From: Ylistrum balloti
Taxonomy: Eukaryota
Length of the DNA stretch: 64,000 nt
Direction of reading: 5' to 3'
Assembly: GCF_031769215.1 (NCBI RefSeq)
Contig: NW_026782198.1
Span: 1-64,000, forward strand
Shown here: positions 26,937 to 40,100 of the stretch, piece after piece
How positions within the stretch are numbered: position 1 is the stretch's first letter
Layout of the letters: every line of letters begins with the position of its first letter
Notes under the pieces: model-generated
Database searches by the model: none
What the model was told of the DNA's origin: nothing
Seen by the model: only the letters and a program-made list of their open reading frames with translations
Translations under genes and position numbers: made by a program

Positions 26937-29583
26937 AATATAAATGTATTTTGAGCTCAGAAAATTGGTCAAAAGTGATCCTTGATTGCAATGTGCTTTT
27001 AGCACTCATTTTCTTCATGTAAATTTATCCATTTCGCTTTAAACTTTCTTTTTCTGTACTCTCAGCTTTGAGGAATAAAGAATGATGATGATGATGATGG
27101 CTGACAGGAGGCCATCTTTGATTTTGACTATGAAAGTTTCTTATTACTTTTTCTTGAGAAGTACATTATGGATCTCTCAAATGTCATGTCGGCGCCTTGG
27201 TTCAAAGGTGTACCCATGTAATTTAACAGAATGGCCGAAAGACGGTCATTTTGGGTCTTAACTTTGAAAGATTATTTTTGCCATTTCTTGAGAAGAACTG
27301 GATGGATATTTCTTAAAATGCATATGTAGGTAGCCTTTGGCCCCTAGTTCTCAAATTTCATGTGTATGCTTTCCTTGATTCCTAATTGTGCCCATTTGAT
27401 TTTGGTACTGATCGGAAAAAACAAAATGGCCCACAAGCGGCCATCTTGGCTTTTGACGTCAAAAGTTTGATATCACTAATACTTGAAAACTACACTAAAG
27501 ATCTTTCTCAAATTTGTAGTGTAGTTTCCTTTACGTCCCTTGTTTTGCCTGTTTGATGCAGCCATCTTGTGTCTTGCCGAGTAAAGATTGTTATTGTTAT
27601 TTCTTAAGTACTGTATGGATATCTCAAATTTCATATTTATGTTCCTTTTAGTAGCTACTTGTGCTCGTTTGATTTTGGGACTGACCAGAAGAAACAAAAT
27701 GGCTTTTAAGTGGCCAGTTTGGATTTTGCAGGTAAAGATTCTCATCGCTATTTCCGCAAAGGCGTATTCAAAAGGCTAATCATTAAGAGCAAACACAGAG
27801 AAAAGAAGGGAAACGATCCAACCTTCAAAGAGCATCGAAAGATCAAACATTGGTTGGCGCCAAGATCAACCTAGTAGAACTTGCAAACCAATTTTGCCTA
27901 GTAACGAGTGCCTCAGTAATGACCCTGACGGGCTGCCGTACACCATGGTTTACCTGATCAAGGTCTCTCGGTGACGTATCCGGTTATCTGGAATCGATTC
28001 CATAATCGGGAAATGACTCATTGTGGCGCATTAAAGTGTGCAACCACAGTTCGTTGTGACCTGCTTGCAGCATCCCGATTGCTCGACCAGCCTCTGCAGC
28101 TGTCGTGTGACGTCTCATGCAAATAAATGTTCAATACAGGATGCAAAATGACAGGACAAAATTTGTTGATTCATTTGACGTCAAGACTACACAGAATTCC
28201 AATAAAACCAGAATTAAAAGTTTGATTTGAACCTTGTGTTACATGATGTCTTGTTGCACGTTTACTGTAGGTTACACTGGCAAATCATTACTGAAAAGTT
28301 TTTGTGCAAACTTTGGTGATAAAACAAGTGGTCAAGGAGTGCTATTTTAATGGCAGAAAAATTCACATCTATTTATCCTGAATGTTTTGTGTACATTATA
28401 TGTTGGTGCTATCACGGAACGATTTTGTTGTATCAGTGTACCGTAATCCGTTGAAATTTCTGCTAAATTCCCAGATTGATGTTTCACAACTTGTGACTAC
28501 TAAGTAATCGAATCTGAGCATAAGTGCATCCATTAGTAAATTTGTATGAAGTGCTATTTAGTTTTGTACCACATCCTTTTAAGCATTTTACAAACAATAA
28601 ATAAACGGTCATCAACATATTAACAGAATCTTTATTCAAGATCGGATTGTGCGGTATGAATGGTTCGACATTAGTACGTCCTGTTCATTTCATAGTAATT
28701 GACGATGTTGTCATTTTGAAAACGTAACATTTGGATTAACGAAAATTTGCATGGCGAATGTCAACAATGAAGCAGAAGACGCTTGCACTTCCAGAACACT
28801 TGGTCTTATTATCGGTTTTCTTTTTTTTAGTTGTCTCCGATTTGTATTTTCTGTATAGTTTGCCTTCGTCGTATGAATTTGAAGTTTGAATTAGGACTTC
28901 AATGACCTGTATTTTTGTGTGTATATTTTTAGATGTAATTAGATAAATACCAAAATGAGTACAGTCATAATCCAAATTCAATTGAATACGGGCAAAATAT
29001 GAACAGAAGAGCGACAAGATTTTACATGGAGACTTCTGAAAAAGTACAGAGGAAATAAGACCACATGTTTCGCAAGAGAATGCGTCTTCTATTCCGTGGA
29101 CGGCACAAAAAATTAACATTTATGGGATCATTATGACGAATATAGTTCGTGAAGTCTTGGAGGAGATTTACAAAAACTCAGAAATGTGTTTGTGTGATTG
29201 ATTTATTCCGTCAATTTTCTTTTGTAAATGGAGACTACGTCCACCAAGCTGCCCTCAATTTTATTCACACAAGCTCTTGCATGTAATTCAGTCACTAATC
29301 AGGGTACCACGGAAATAGTCTCTGAATTCATCTAAAGCATATCTTCGAAACTTGCAATATATAATTGCAATATTTTTTCCCCACTGCACATTTTCAAAGA
29401 ACTTACGTTATTTTATTATTATTTCTTTTTTCATTGTATCGGTAGAAACGCGTTATTAATCTACAAAATTCGGTAACCGTTAAACGATTGAAACACTGAA
29501 ATTAGAAATTATGAATAGCCGTGATATTTGTGAAGATGATTAAAGAGAAGTTCACCTGCAAAATTAAAATGACTATCGATGAA

Positions 29584-29916
29584 TTATCTTACCCCGTGCG
29601 TGTGAATTTTAATAAAGCCGTAGAATGCCTTTGGGAGATTTTCCAAGAACGCTAGGTTGTATCGAGACACAGCTGAAGCCGGGAGACATTGGAACAAACC
29701 CGATATCCTGACTTGCTCTAGGGCGCTCTTCCCATTCAAGTTTCTAGCATGTACGTAGTTATCTAGAAGACACTCGGACGCTTTGTGACTCTCTGGTTTT
29801 GTACAGTAATGGTGGACTATGTAGCGGTAGTTGTCCATACTATCTGTATTGGCACCAACGCCCGCAAGAAATTTCAAAACTTGAAACGAAGGAAACAAAG
29901 TACATGTATGCATATC
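29584..29916 (-). pseudogene. fem-1: Diverged duplicate of the C-terminal fem-1-like coding region (pseudo-exon or alternative last exon)
   Basis: Aligns to the 37105-37460 part of the fem-1-like gene (FPSFQVLK..VGAN..MDNY..HYC.KPESHKA..LLDN..ARN..GKSA..CL.A.AV....LPK...GFI.IH). The frame is open for 110 codons and both visible deletions are in frame. Confidence 0.75.
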
Positions 29917-30609
29917 CTTTAAAATAGGTAGTTACCTCGTCCATTTACATGCATAGAAGTGTCTGATGACATTTCACATATAAATTTATGACAGGACTAC
30001 TGATAGCATGATACTGGGCGGCTGAATAGGCGTGATCATCGCGTGCTGTACCCTCTCTTGCTCATATTTATAAAAACTAAGAAAACTCGAACAACTTTGT
30101 TATTTCGAAGTAAAAAAATCGGTCCCGTAAATAAAAAAACCGAAGTCCTAATTGTTAGCCATGAATAACACCTGTCTGGCCATTATCAATCTGATTTCAA
30201 AAAAACGTTCAACAACAATAAAACGGTATTAACGGAAAGCCCATTGTGACGCAGAAATATGGGTCACAGCGCGCGGACACGCGAAATGCACAGCTGAAAT
30301 TACAACTTTGGTCTGGTGTTACAACTTGTGTTTCCACACGAACGGATATAGCTTTGATATCAATAGTGTAAGCCGTGAAGAACAATACTCCAGTTACCAT
30401 CTAGTTCGTGACTTCAAGTGTCACATTTTTAGTGTCGCGTTTCGTTGTTGTTTAGTGCTTTTGTGTGACCTGTAGTACTTATATATTAAACATCGTCAAC
30501 TAAATGAACACTCCAACACTATTAATTGCGCATCTTCATTTCCTGTCTAAATGAGCTTACACATGTACCATATGTTACCTTCATAACTCTTCATTTAACT
30601 ATGATATGA

Positions 30610-30698
30610 TACAAAATCTTATAGCAAATTCGAATAATCGGATAACTCGAAGTCTTTACACAACCCTATCGAGTTCAAGTTAATGAGGTTTGCTTGTA
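30610..30698. mobile_element. Small Tc1/mariner-type MITE remnant
   Basis: Reverse complement reads TACAAGCAAACCTCATTAACTTGAACTCGAT...TTCGAGTTATCCGATTATTCGA, a pattern typical of TA-flanked MITE ends; recognised from memory only. Confidence 0.3.
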
Positions 30699-32219
30699 TA
30701 ATCCCTTTCTTAATCATCATTATAGTATGGTCACACAGGATCCATATCAAGCAGTGACTTTTGTACTGATTACCATTAGAGATTGTGGCTGATGATTCAA
30801 GCATAATAAAATTTAAAACGGTAAGATAGATGACTTACTCGTGTTTGTTAATTTTGTTTTGGTGAGAGAAGGGACGAATGCAACAAGATACATATAATTT
30901 CATATATATCCTCGGATATATATGAAGATTAAACAAACGAAATGAAGTATATCATTTTCAATCACGATTTCTACTAATTTACGATAAATTGTGTAAAAAT
31001 GTAGAAATTAGCATGAAAAACAAAAAAAAACAAAACATCACAAAGAAAAGAACCAAAGAAAAATAAGCAAAAAGAAATAGCCAAAACATGACAAAGAAAC
31101 ATAACAAATAAATCATAAAAAAACTTATATAACAACTATTTATAACAATATTTGAAAAAAGAGCACAGGCATCAGCAATTACATACTGATGATTGTTACT
31201 ACACTACTAATCTACTGCAAGTCTGATGCTTTTGTGTAAACAATGTTTATAATGATCTGAAGTACCAGTTACACATACTTAAGCAGTGAAAAGCATTAGG
31301 ATATCTAGGTAAGTAATGTATTCCTAATTTAGCTCAACATATTAACTGTGCCTAATTCTAAATGTGTATTGAGATGTGCTAGTGGTGTGTCTTTTGCACA
31401 ATCTTTTAAGTTTAAATCTTATTTATTATCTATATTACAGTGGTACATGCATTATACATAAATGATAGGATTAAGAGACATGTGTTGCACAGCGTCGTGT
31501 AGTAAACACACACAAATGTATTTGATGACACTAAGCATGACTGGTTGTTCGTTGTTTATTTTGAAAACCCATAGTACATTAACCACCCAAGATGTTTCCC
31601 TGCTCTCTGCCTCGGACCCGTACATTGCCCCCGTGCTCAACTTTCCCTCGGATTCTCTCGCAATACCTTATATCCTCTATACTTATGTTTTACAACTTTC
31701 CTACCATCACGCCCATTGTGCATATAATAAAAAAGCCACGTGCGTCTAGGAGTACCTGTTATTAACTCCCCGTCTTTGATCTACCTTCTACATTGTTTCT
31801 TATCTTGTTTATACATATATGTTCGACAGCGCGAGACAGACAAGAGAGAGAATTTATCTGTCTTGATCAATCATACCGGCGATATTCTGCCACGGTGCTC
31901 CAACACTGGGGTGCACACCCGCCCGTTATCGTACGTGCATCACTACCTATCACTCACGGGATTGTTTACCTCGGTCCAGCATTGACTCACTTTTGACCTG
32001 ATGTACTTTAAACTAAGATGCTGCTCTCTACGATACACACCATTCCAACGTTATCATTAAACCTATTTTTTTCACTCATTTTCTTACTAAAGTCCACGAT
32101 ACGTATTTCAAACAATGGAACAGTACCATATAAATAGTGACAGATATGAGGGGATTTCCTTTCTAAGAAACACTTACAGCAATTCTAATCAAAAATAGAT
32201 AAAGATGAGGCCCTTGTAA

Positions 32220-32960
32220 CACCTGTATATAAAGGAAAAGGATGGAAAAGTGACCTGTCAATAAGTCAATATTTATTACAATCCCCAGATTTGTTTTTTA
32301 ATTGTTTTTAAATGCATGTTCAACTATCTCACAAATCATAATATATCTACTGAAATCAATAAGATTTCCTACCAAAACAATCACTGTCAATCAACTCTTG
32401 ATTATCTATGATAGATTTGTTAAGCATTTGAACAACGTAATGCATTTGATAGGTTTTTGGCATGGTGGTCTAGTCTATAAATTGAAAACATATGACATCA
32501 GTAATGACATGTGGCTTTCATCTTGCCTATCTCGTGTTAAAGTGGTTGTCACCTTAACCATCTGATCGGAGGTAGAGAGTGGTCATAGATATATACGAAT
32601 CCAACGGGAAAATATTATAGGCATGGGTACATCAAGGTTCAGTTCTAGGCCCATAGCTTTTTTATTATTATACTATATATTATCAATACTTGATAATTTC
32701 CACTCTAAATATGAAGTTATTTGCTGACGTTTCATCTTTTTATGATCTAATTGAGGGAAACAGAAAAGTTGCGGCCGATATACTAAACGATGACACCAGA
32801 AAACATGTAATTGGCCTAGTAGATTTATTATTTGTAATACAGAAAAGACTTAATCATGACCTTTTGCTAGTCGGATTGATTCCAAGATGTTGCATCCTGG
32901 CTTGTATTTTAACAACTTAGCCATTCAAAATGCTAGTAGCTATAAACATCGTGGTTTAAT
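32220..32960 (+). mobile_element. Decayed CR1-type reverse transcriptase fragment
   Basis: Frame-broken remnants IYKGKG, TVNQLL.IYD, WHGGLVYKLKTY, QGSVLGP and MKLFAD. Confidence 0.6.
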
Positions 32961-32974
32961 TTTAAGTCTTGCTA

Positions 32975-33352
32975 TTTATCCCCCGCTTTCACTGAAACGG
33001 GGGATGTAAATTTGGGTTCGTCCATCCGTCCGTCTGTCTGTCTATCACACTCTCGTTTCCGTGTTCTAACTTACCCAAATATCACCTAATTTGGGTTAAA
33101 CTTGGTCAGCAGATGTATCTTTGTGTCATTAAGACTGAGTTTGACTAGCAGTGTCATCTGTTAATAATTATGCATACTAACGAGGTATCCTTTGATTTCA
33201 TTAGTCAGTTCATTCCCGTGCTCTAACTTCCCTAAATATAATCCGATTTAGATGAAACTTGGTCAGCAGATTCATATTAGGGCACAAAAGACTGCGTTCA
33301 GCAGTCAGCATCATCTGTTAACATCTATGCATACTAATAAGGTATCTTTTCA
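32975..33352 (+). mobile_element. HINE/DINE-like element, family 3, 3'-truncated
   Basis: 5' TTTATCCCCG..CGGGGGAT inverted repeat, (TCCG)/(TCTG) microsatellite, then two ~157-bp units (ccgtg at 33059 and 33216). Confidence 0.6.
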
Positions 33353-34043
33353 TTTCTTTCACATAAAGAAATCCATGCATAGAGTATGTCGGACAAAATT
33401 ACAAAACTAAGGTTGAAAATAAATATCAGGAGTTGAAGTTTATTGTTAAATAAATATAAAAAAAAGTTTCAAAGAACGATTCAAAACATCTTTGAAATCA
33501 TAAAATTCAGACCCCTCGCCTGGTCTTGCACATTTCTGCTAGGCTAGCTACGCCCCTGATTTAGATGTAACTTGAAGTCCCACAGATATTATCAGTTTAT
33601 CATTAAACTATATCATTTTATATAGCATTATTACATGTTTACTCCTAACCTCTAAAATATTTACTTACAATATGTTTGGAAAGCAGGGGATTTAAATTCC
33701 ATGAATTTGCTTGTTGGTCTTAACAAACAAATAAATTATGCAGAATGTTAAAATATCAAACTGACAGAAAGTCAACTGAGTTTATATATACACTGTACTA
33801 CATCCTTTCGTCTTGTTTTAGAAAATGCTGGTGTAGTATAGGAAAACTGTACAGAAAGGGAATAGAACATGTTGGAGTCAATCAAAACAAAGGCACTACA
33901 CAAGACTGGTTCGAGGCAGGACACAAATCACGCTATCTTACATAACGAGTCTGGCCTACGGGTCCACTAGTAAAACGAAGACATTTCAAAATATCCTTTT
34001 AAAGTAAATAAACAATGGATGTCCTCCGAATGTAATTAAGTTA

Positions 34044-34217
34044 ATCCAACATTGACTCAATAATGATACTGATCATAACTCCCTTCTACACAATAGATTT
34101 TATCCAACATTGACTCAATAATGATACTGATCATAACTCCCTTCTACACAATAGATTTTATCCAACATTGACTCAATAATGATACTGATCATAACTCCCT
34201 TCTACACAATAGAATTT
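34044..34217. repeat. 58-bp tandem repeat x3, near-identical
   Basis: ATCCAACATTGACTCAATAATGATACTGATCATAACTCCCTTCTACACAATAGATTTT starts at 34044, 34102 and 34160. Confidence 0.95.
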
Positions 34218-35489
34218 TTATGCACCTTTATCAAGAACCCTGCAATACAGCATATTTTTATGTTTTTCCCTCAAAAATCATAGGCTTAATGAAGTAACCT
34301 GTCTTGTCTGCTTCCAAAAATGACATCTATAAGTGCTATGAAAAAGAAAAGTATTTTCATCACAAACAGTTACTGTTGTGCATCATTAGTGCACTGATAT
34401 TTTAAAACATTGTGGAAACAGAAAGGTAAATATGATTCTGTCAATTAAGAGACTCTACTAGTTATCTTAGTTCAGATTTATTTATGTCCCACCTAGTTAG
34501 AAGTCCTCTTTGTCTGAGTTCATTCTGTAGAAGACTGTACTCACTTTTTCCTCCGTTATACTCGTTTCACTATCCAAAGACACCTCCTCATTAACTCCCC
34601 TTCTAGTCTAAATGATTTCTAGAAGGTTCTCATACACTTCATGCAAACATGAGCATAACAATGCTTATGTCGACCCAGAGATTCATTACTGGACGTCTCT
34701 TTCAAATGATGAGAAAATAGTAAGGTGGGTTGAAAATTAACGCAAGTGAAATGGTAACTTTATCTCGATATACAATGACTAGGGATTGTAAAAATCATGT
34801 AGAGTTTTAAAGACTTAAGAACTAATATAAAAGTGCAGTACCAGGTGCAATGCTTTTGGTAAAGTGTGCTGGTCCCTTTTAGAGATTAGAATGGGGCTAC
34901 GTACGTCTTTTCACTTCAGAAAATATATAGTAGGCCTATCACTAAACCTTTTTCTTTTAATTTTACAAAAGCAATGAAACAATTTTTATCTTCGTGAAAT
35001 ACGTTTATATACAGCAGACTGTATTTCTATCTACGTCATGTGTTGTCCCCACTACCTTTTATAAAAAAAATCCGTAACTTCTACATTTTGGCCATAGAAT
35101 ATAACTTGATTGAAGTTCGATCCACATGGCCTCTCGTCTATTTGTCAAGACGATGTTGGCATAAATCCAGTGCAGTAACACTTCGCTGAAATACTTATGC
35201 AACTCGTACCACGGGTACTTGACACGAGTTCCAACCCCAGGGTCCATAATTGTATACGTATTAGCCACTACAATTGAATGATTTGTGCCAAGTCCCCGTG
35301 GTCCGTATCGATTCCATTTTATCTAAACACTCTTTGAAAAAAAAATGGTCAAATCAATTACAAGCTGCGCGTGTTTCATTGTTCCAAGTCTAAACCGAAT
35401 TATTCTAACGTGTTAAAGACTTTTTATGTCGGTCTGAAGTCGATGAATTCCGAATGTATATATAAAACAGTATGCAAGCGACGATTGAG

Positions 35490-36095
35490 TTTGTTATCGC
35501 CTTATCTGAAAAAAAGTATTGAATGGGTAATTCTCAAACTTCATATGTAGGATCCTCTAGGTCTAGATCCCTTGTTGTGCAAGGTTTATTTTTGGACAGT
35601 TTGGAAAAACAAAATGGCCACAGAATACTCACGGATAGTAATACTTTGTTATCTTTTACTTGCGCATTACTGGATCGATCTTAGTTTCAAATTTCCTACA
35701 AAGGTTGCCCATGATCTCAAATTGTTTTTTTTTCATTTTTGGGCAGATAGGAAAAACAAAATGTCCGACAGGCGACTGTCTTGATTTTTTATGGTGCTGA
35801 ATACTTTGCTGTCGATGTACTTTATAAATATTGAATGAATCATATTCTAAAATCTCTTATGTCGGTTACCCTTGATCCCTAGCAGTGCAGGAAAAACAAA
35901 AAGGGCTAGCAGGCGGTTGATATTTTAACAATTATCATTATTTCTTGAGAAATCCAGAATGATTTGCTGTCAATTTATCCGTTTCCCTTTGCCTCCTACT
36001 TTTACATTATCCTTTTTTAGGCCAATATAAACAAAAATGGCGGCAAGGTAGCCATCTTGGAATCTGACAGTTATGGCTATATTTCTCAGAAGTAA
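35490..36095 (+). repeat. Highly diverged family-1 HINE repeat units
   Basis: Recurring ttctcaaa.ttcatatgtag, gaaaaacaaaatgg and gccatcttgga fragments. Confidence 0.55.
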
Positions 36096-37104
36096 GTTGG
36101 AATCTTCCACTTTCTGCATTGCATAAAAGAACAAAACATTCCAAGCATTCTTTCCAATTTATGATGTCAAAATCTCTTCTGGTCATTTTCCATAAATTGG
36201 TTTTTTATATAGAGCTCCATAAAAGAAAAGTATTTCCAATATCTCATAAAGCAAACAACAGCACCTTTTATTAGTAGTTATATTTATTGTGGCATAAAAA
36301 ATAAAATTCAACATTTAACCTTTATACTTGAAAAACATATCACAGTGTTTGGTTTAATAAGAAGGGCATCATCCATCTGTTTGAAAACTACCATAATCAC
36401 AAAGTGAGTGAAGATGGAATAACATTCATATTATGTTTCAGATGTTGGCATTCCCTATTTTTTTCCTGAAAATAATGTCATGGTTCAATAGAATGTGAAA
36501 TCCACCGAATATTTAGTGCTGCTTCAAATTTTAACATGTACTGTATACAAATTCTTGATCAATTTATTGAAAATGTCAAGAGTTTATCTTGAGGACCTTG
36601 CAAGTTTCAAGTTAATTAAAAAATTCCAAAACCAGTCTTCAAATTTTTAATTTTATCTCAGTGATGTAGATTGAATGACAATGTTTTAGATTCAATGCTG
36701 GAAACAAATGCAAGATTCTATTTATCACATAATTTCAGTTCCTTAGTGATACTCTCACTCCATATCTCCATACCATGAAATAAAAACTGGAATTTTCAGT
36801 TAATCACAGCTCTGCTAGGTGTTATAAAATGTACAGTTATAACAGTACAAAGTATATAATAAAAAAACTGAATAAATACAGAAATGACTTCATCACAATG
36901 CAGTCTCTATATAACACATAAAATAATGTTAATACATATAGAAATGTTACTCAAAATACATGTAGCTTCAGTCCAACTTCTTCAGTCTGTTTACAAAATA
37001 ATAGATTGATTCTAAACTCTTAAAATCAAGCTGACTTTCACAATATGGATATGAGGATTATATGTGTTCTGGAAGGGCATTCTTTGAATAAAAAGCATCC
37101 GCAT

Positions 37105-40100
37105 TTAAGCCAGTCCATGAATTTGAATAAAGCCATGGAGTGTCTTGGGCAGACATTCCCAACAGGTAATTTTGTTCTGAGTCACGGCAGTTGCAGCAAG
37201 ACACTTAAGTGTGCAGTAATCCATTAGACAAACACGGTATCCGGAAGATAGAAGTTCCTCTATAGCACTCTTCCCATCACAGTTTCTTGCATCTGCATGT
37301 GCATTATTATCTAGTAGATACCTGGCTGCTTTGTGACTCTCTGGTTTTGCACAGTAATGGAGGACTGTATTGTGATAGTTGTCCATAATATTTGGATTGG
37401 CACCAACATCTACCAGAAGTTTCAACACTTGAAACGATGGGAACATGGTATATGTGTATTCATTTGTAGTGGAAGTTTTCTCTTCCATGGACAAGTGTAA
37501 AAGTGTCTTGCCATCATCATCTATGATGCCTGTTTTCATGGCACACTCTGCTAAATGTGTCAGTCGTTCCATTTCAGAATCACAAAGATTTTTTGATAGA
37601 AGAAGATTCATAAGTTGCAGAGCCATTTTCATTAGAATGGATATCTGTTTTGCTGCCAGCTCTTCTCTCGGTCGTATTCTGAAGATTCTGCTGCCACACT
37701 GCATACTGCATATAAGTATTTCAAAGATATCTAGCAAATCCTCGGATGGAAACTGAAAAAAAAAAAAATCCATATATTGATATTTTCATTTTCTTATCCT
37801 CAATTCATGATACATGCAGGTAACTTTTCCTCTGTTGTACTACAAGTCCAAGCATGTTTGAAATTTAGATAAATTACAATAAATTTCAGTTCCTTGTTTC
37901 TTTTTTAACTTCTGCCAAGAATTGAATTACATATATGTAGTTCTGAAAACATCTCTGACCCCAGTAAACAATTCAAAGCGAAATTAGATTGTAAACGGTT
38001 CCAAGTTCTGAATATTCTAGTTTTTAATTCTTTTCTGATGCAGAGTGGTGACAAGTCACTGTACTGCAAGAAATTTAAAGTAAAAGTAAATATAATTTTG
38101 TGAGTGATTAGAAACAAACATTCTGATAGTCTGGACAACAGCTACAAAGAGTCCAGTCTGAAACTGTATTTATCCCATATTAACCTCAGGAGTCAAAGCT
38201 GTAAAGAAAGGACGTGCATATTTATTCTTGCTTCAGATTAAAATGTGTGTTTGTGTGAAAAAGTGGAGTTGTTTAAAAAGAAACATAAAAGTTTTGTTGT
38301 TGAAATTTTAATCACTATTCATATTAGATGTTACAAAAATTTAATAATCTTTACATCCACCATGGTATGATCTTTATTTCAACTTTATTAGTTTGATCTT
38401 TGCCCTTCTTTCCTCTTCTATCATCTTTCTTGCACTGAACACTGAACTTGGGCAATAAGGTATAAAGGAAAACCTATATACATAGACAAAGTTGTCTTGT
38501 GCTCAAGTACTTTTCTTTTTGTATTTTTAATTTTTTTCAAATTATGACTAGTATCTTAAGAAATAGTAATAACAAACTATTACTGGGTAACTGTTAAAAT
38601 CCAAGATGGCCACCAGTCACCATTTTGTTTTTCTGATCAGTTTCAAAATGGACAATACATCACTAGTTATTGGGACTAATGGCAACCTACAAAGCGAACC
38701 AAATGAATTTAAAAAGATCCATTCTGTGCTTCTCAAGAAAAAGCTATGATTAACTATGACTGTCAAAATCCAAGGTGACCACCTCTAGGCCATTCTAATT
38801 TTCTAATCTGTCCAAAAAATAGACAATACAAAACCAAGGACCTACATAAAATATGAAATTACAGAATGATCCATCCAGTACGTATCTAGAAATGTTGCTA
38901 AAAAAGCTTAAGAAGTGTTTGAGGATGGACAACAGGTCACAGATGAATGACAAATCAGATTGTCCATCATCTGATCATGGCTGGCTAAAGTGTTGTACAT
39001 GTCTAATACATACATTTGCACGTATTTCAAATAAAGTACCTGTATCAAAAAGCATAATAGAACTGGGATTGCAGTAGTTAAGACTGTCCAGCTTTTTATT
39101 CTAGCAGAAGCTTTTATTTTGTGTATGATTCATTGAAATAACTTGCAGTGGATCTGAGCATGGTGGCAAAACTTTTATGACATGTAACATGACACCCACT
39201 TTCCTTTCTAATATTCTCAACATTGTAAATGAATGTTAGCATTAAAACAATATTTCAATAGATAATGATAATTGTTTAGCACTGCGTTAAAAGTATGTTG
39301 AAGCACTAGGGGTCTGCTGTAGGCTAACATACACCTGTTATATGTCAAGCACACTCAAAGCCAGCTAAATTGATCTAGACCTACACTACTATTGGTTTCA
39401 TATATCAAATGCTGGAATCCATGAAGAGCTCTCTATAGGTATATATGTATATGACAATGTAAGGAATGTTTACTGAAAATGCAATAATTGTTGGTAGACT
39501 TAGTAAATATGTGTCATGGGGTTATTGCCAAACGAGAAAAAAAATCAGTTTGAGATACCTTTTAAAATTATATGATACTATAATTTCATTATCACAATAT
39601 CTCATCCTCTAAACTACATTCACCTTTGTATTTTCTTGGCCAATGTCCACAAATACTTTCATAATGGCTTGGATCCGGAAGGAACAATCTTCACTGTAAT
39701 GATTTCTCTTATCAACTAGACGTCTGTAAGCACACTTCCAGAGTTGTATACAACATCCGTAGTTGTTCATGTCAGCATACACTGCACCACAGTAGTCTAA
39801 AGACCAGATGGTTTCAGAATGTGATGATCCCAGTATACGTTCACGCACCAGTAAACTTTGCATCATAAAATCTTCCTTACTTGTAAGTCTTTTGATTCCA
39901 TCATTGCTAGATACCTCTCTATGAGCCGTACATTTATCCAATGTATCACAGATTTTCTTTTGTATTGGATTTTCACCGTTGAGATCTCTCATTCCTAATG
40001 CAGACATCCAAGTTATAGTCGCCTTCACATAATCATCTTTTTCAGCATGAAATGCTCCTAAAAGTTCATACATCTCGATAATCTCTACTGCATCATGAGA

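Larger units (their letters stand above)
21792..27096 (+). mobile_element. Near full-length non-LTR retrotransposon (APE-RT, RTE-X-like), about 5.3 kb
   Basis: ORF1 and ORF2 in tandem, AATAAA at 27074, (ATG)n tail, flanked by a 38-bp direct repeat (21754-21791 and 27097-27134, 1 mismatch). Clade assignment is from memory of motif style. Confidence 0.9.
21392..27883 (+). mobile_element. HINE-like element, family 1, interrupted by a LINE insertion (host parts 21392-21791 and 27097-27883)
   Basis: 5' TTTTTAGCCCACCAT, diverged ~156-bp units on both sides of the LINE, and a degenerate 3' end (cagagaaaagaagg...ttggttggcgccaagatc) like 13150-13228. Confidence 0.7.

Noticed and set aside
28736-29330. 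127-aa minus-strand ORF with in-frame upstream extension broken by two stops
   Set aside because: No recognisable domain or splice structure; cannot be called without a search.
31180-31265. C/D-box snoRNA-like pattern (TGATGA ... CTGA ... CTGA)
   Set aside because: Imperfect C box, weak terminal stem, no recognisable rRNA/snRNA guide, and not in a host intron.
35080-35260. B-box-like GTTCGATCC and GTTCCAACCC suggesting a tRNA
   Set aside because: No cloverleaf and no properly spaced A box.
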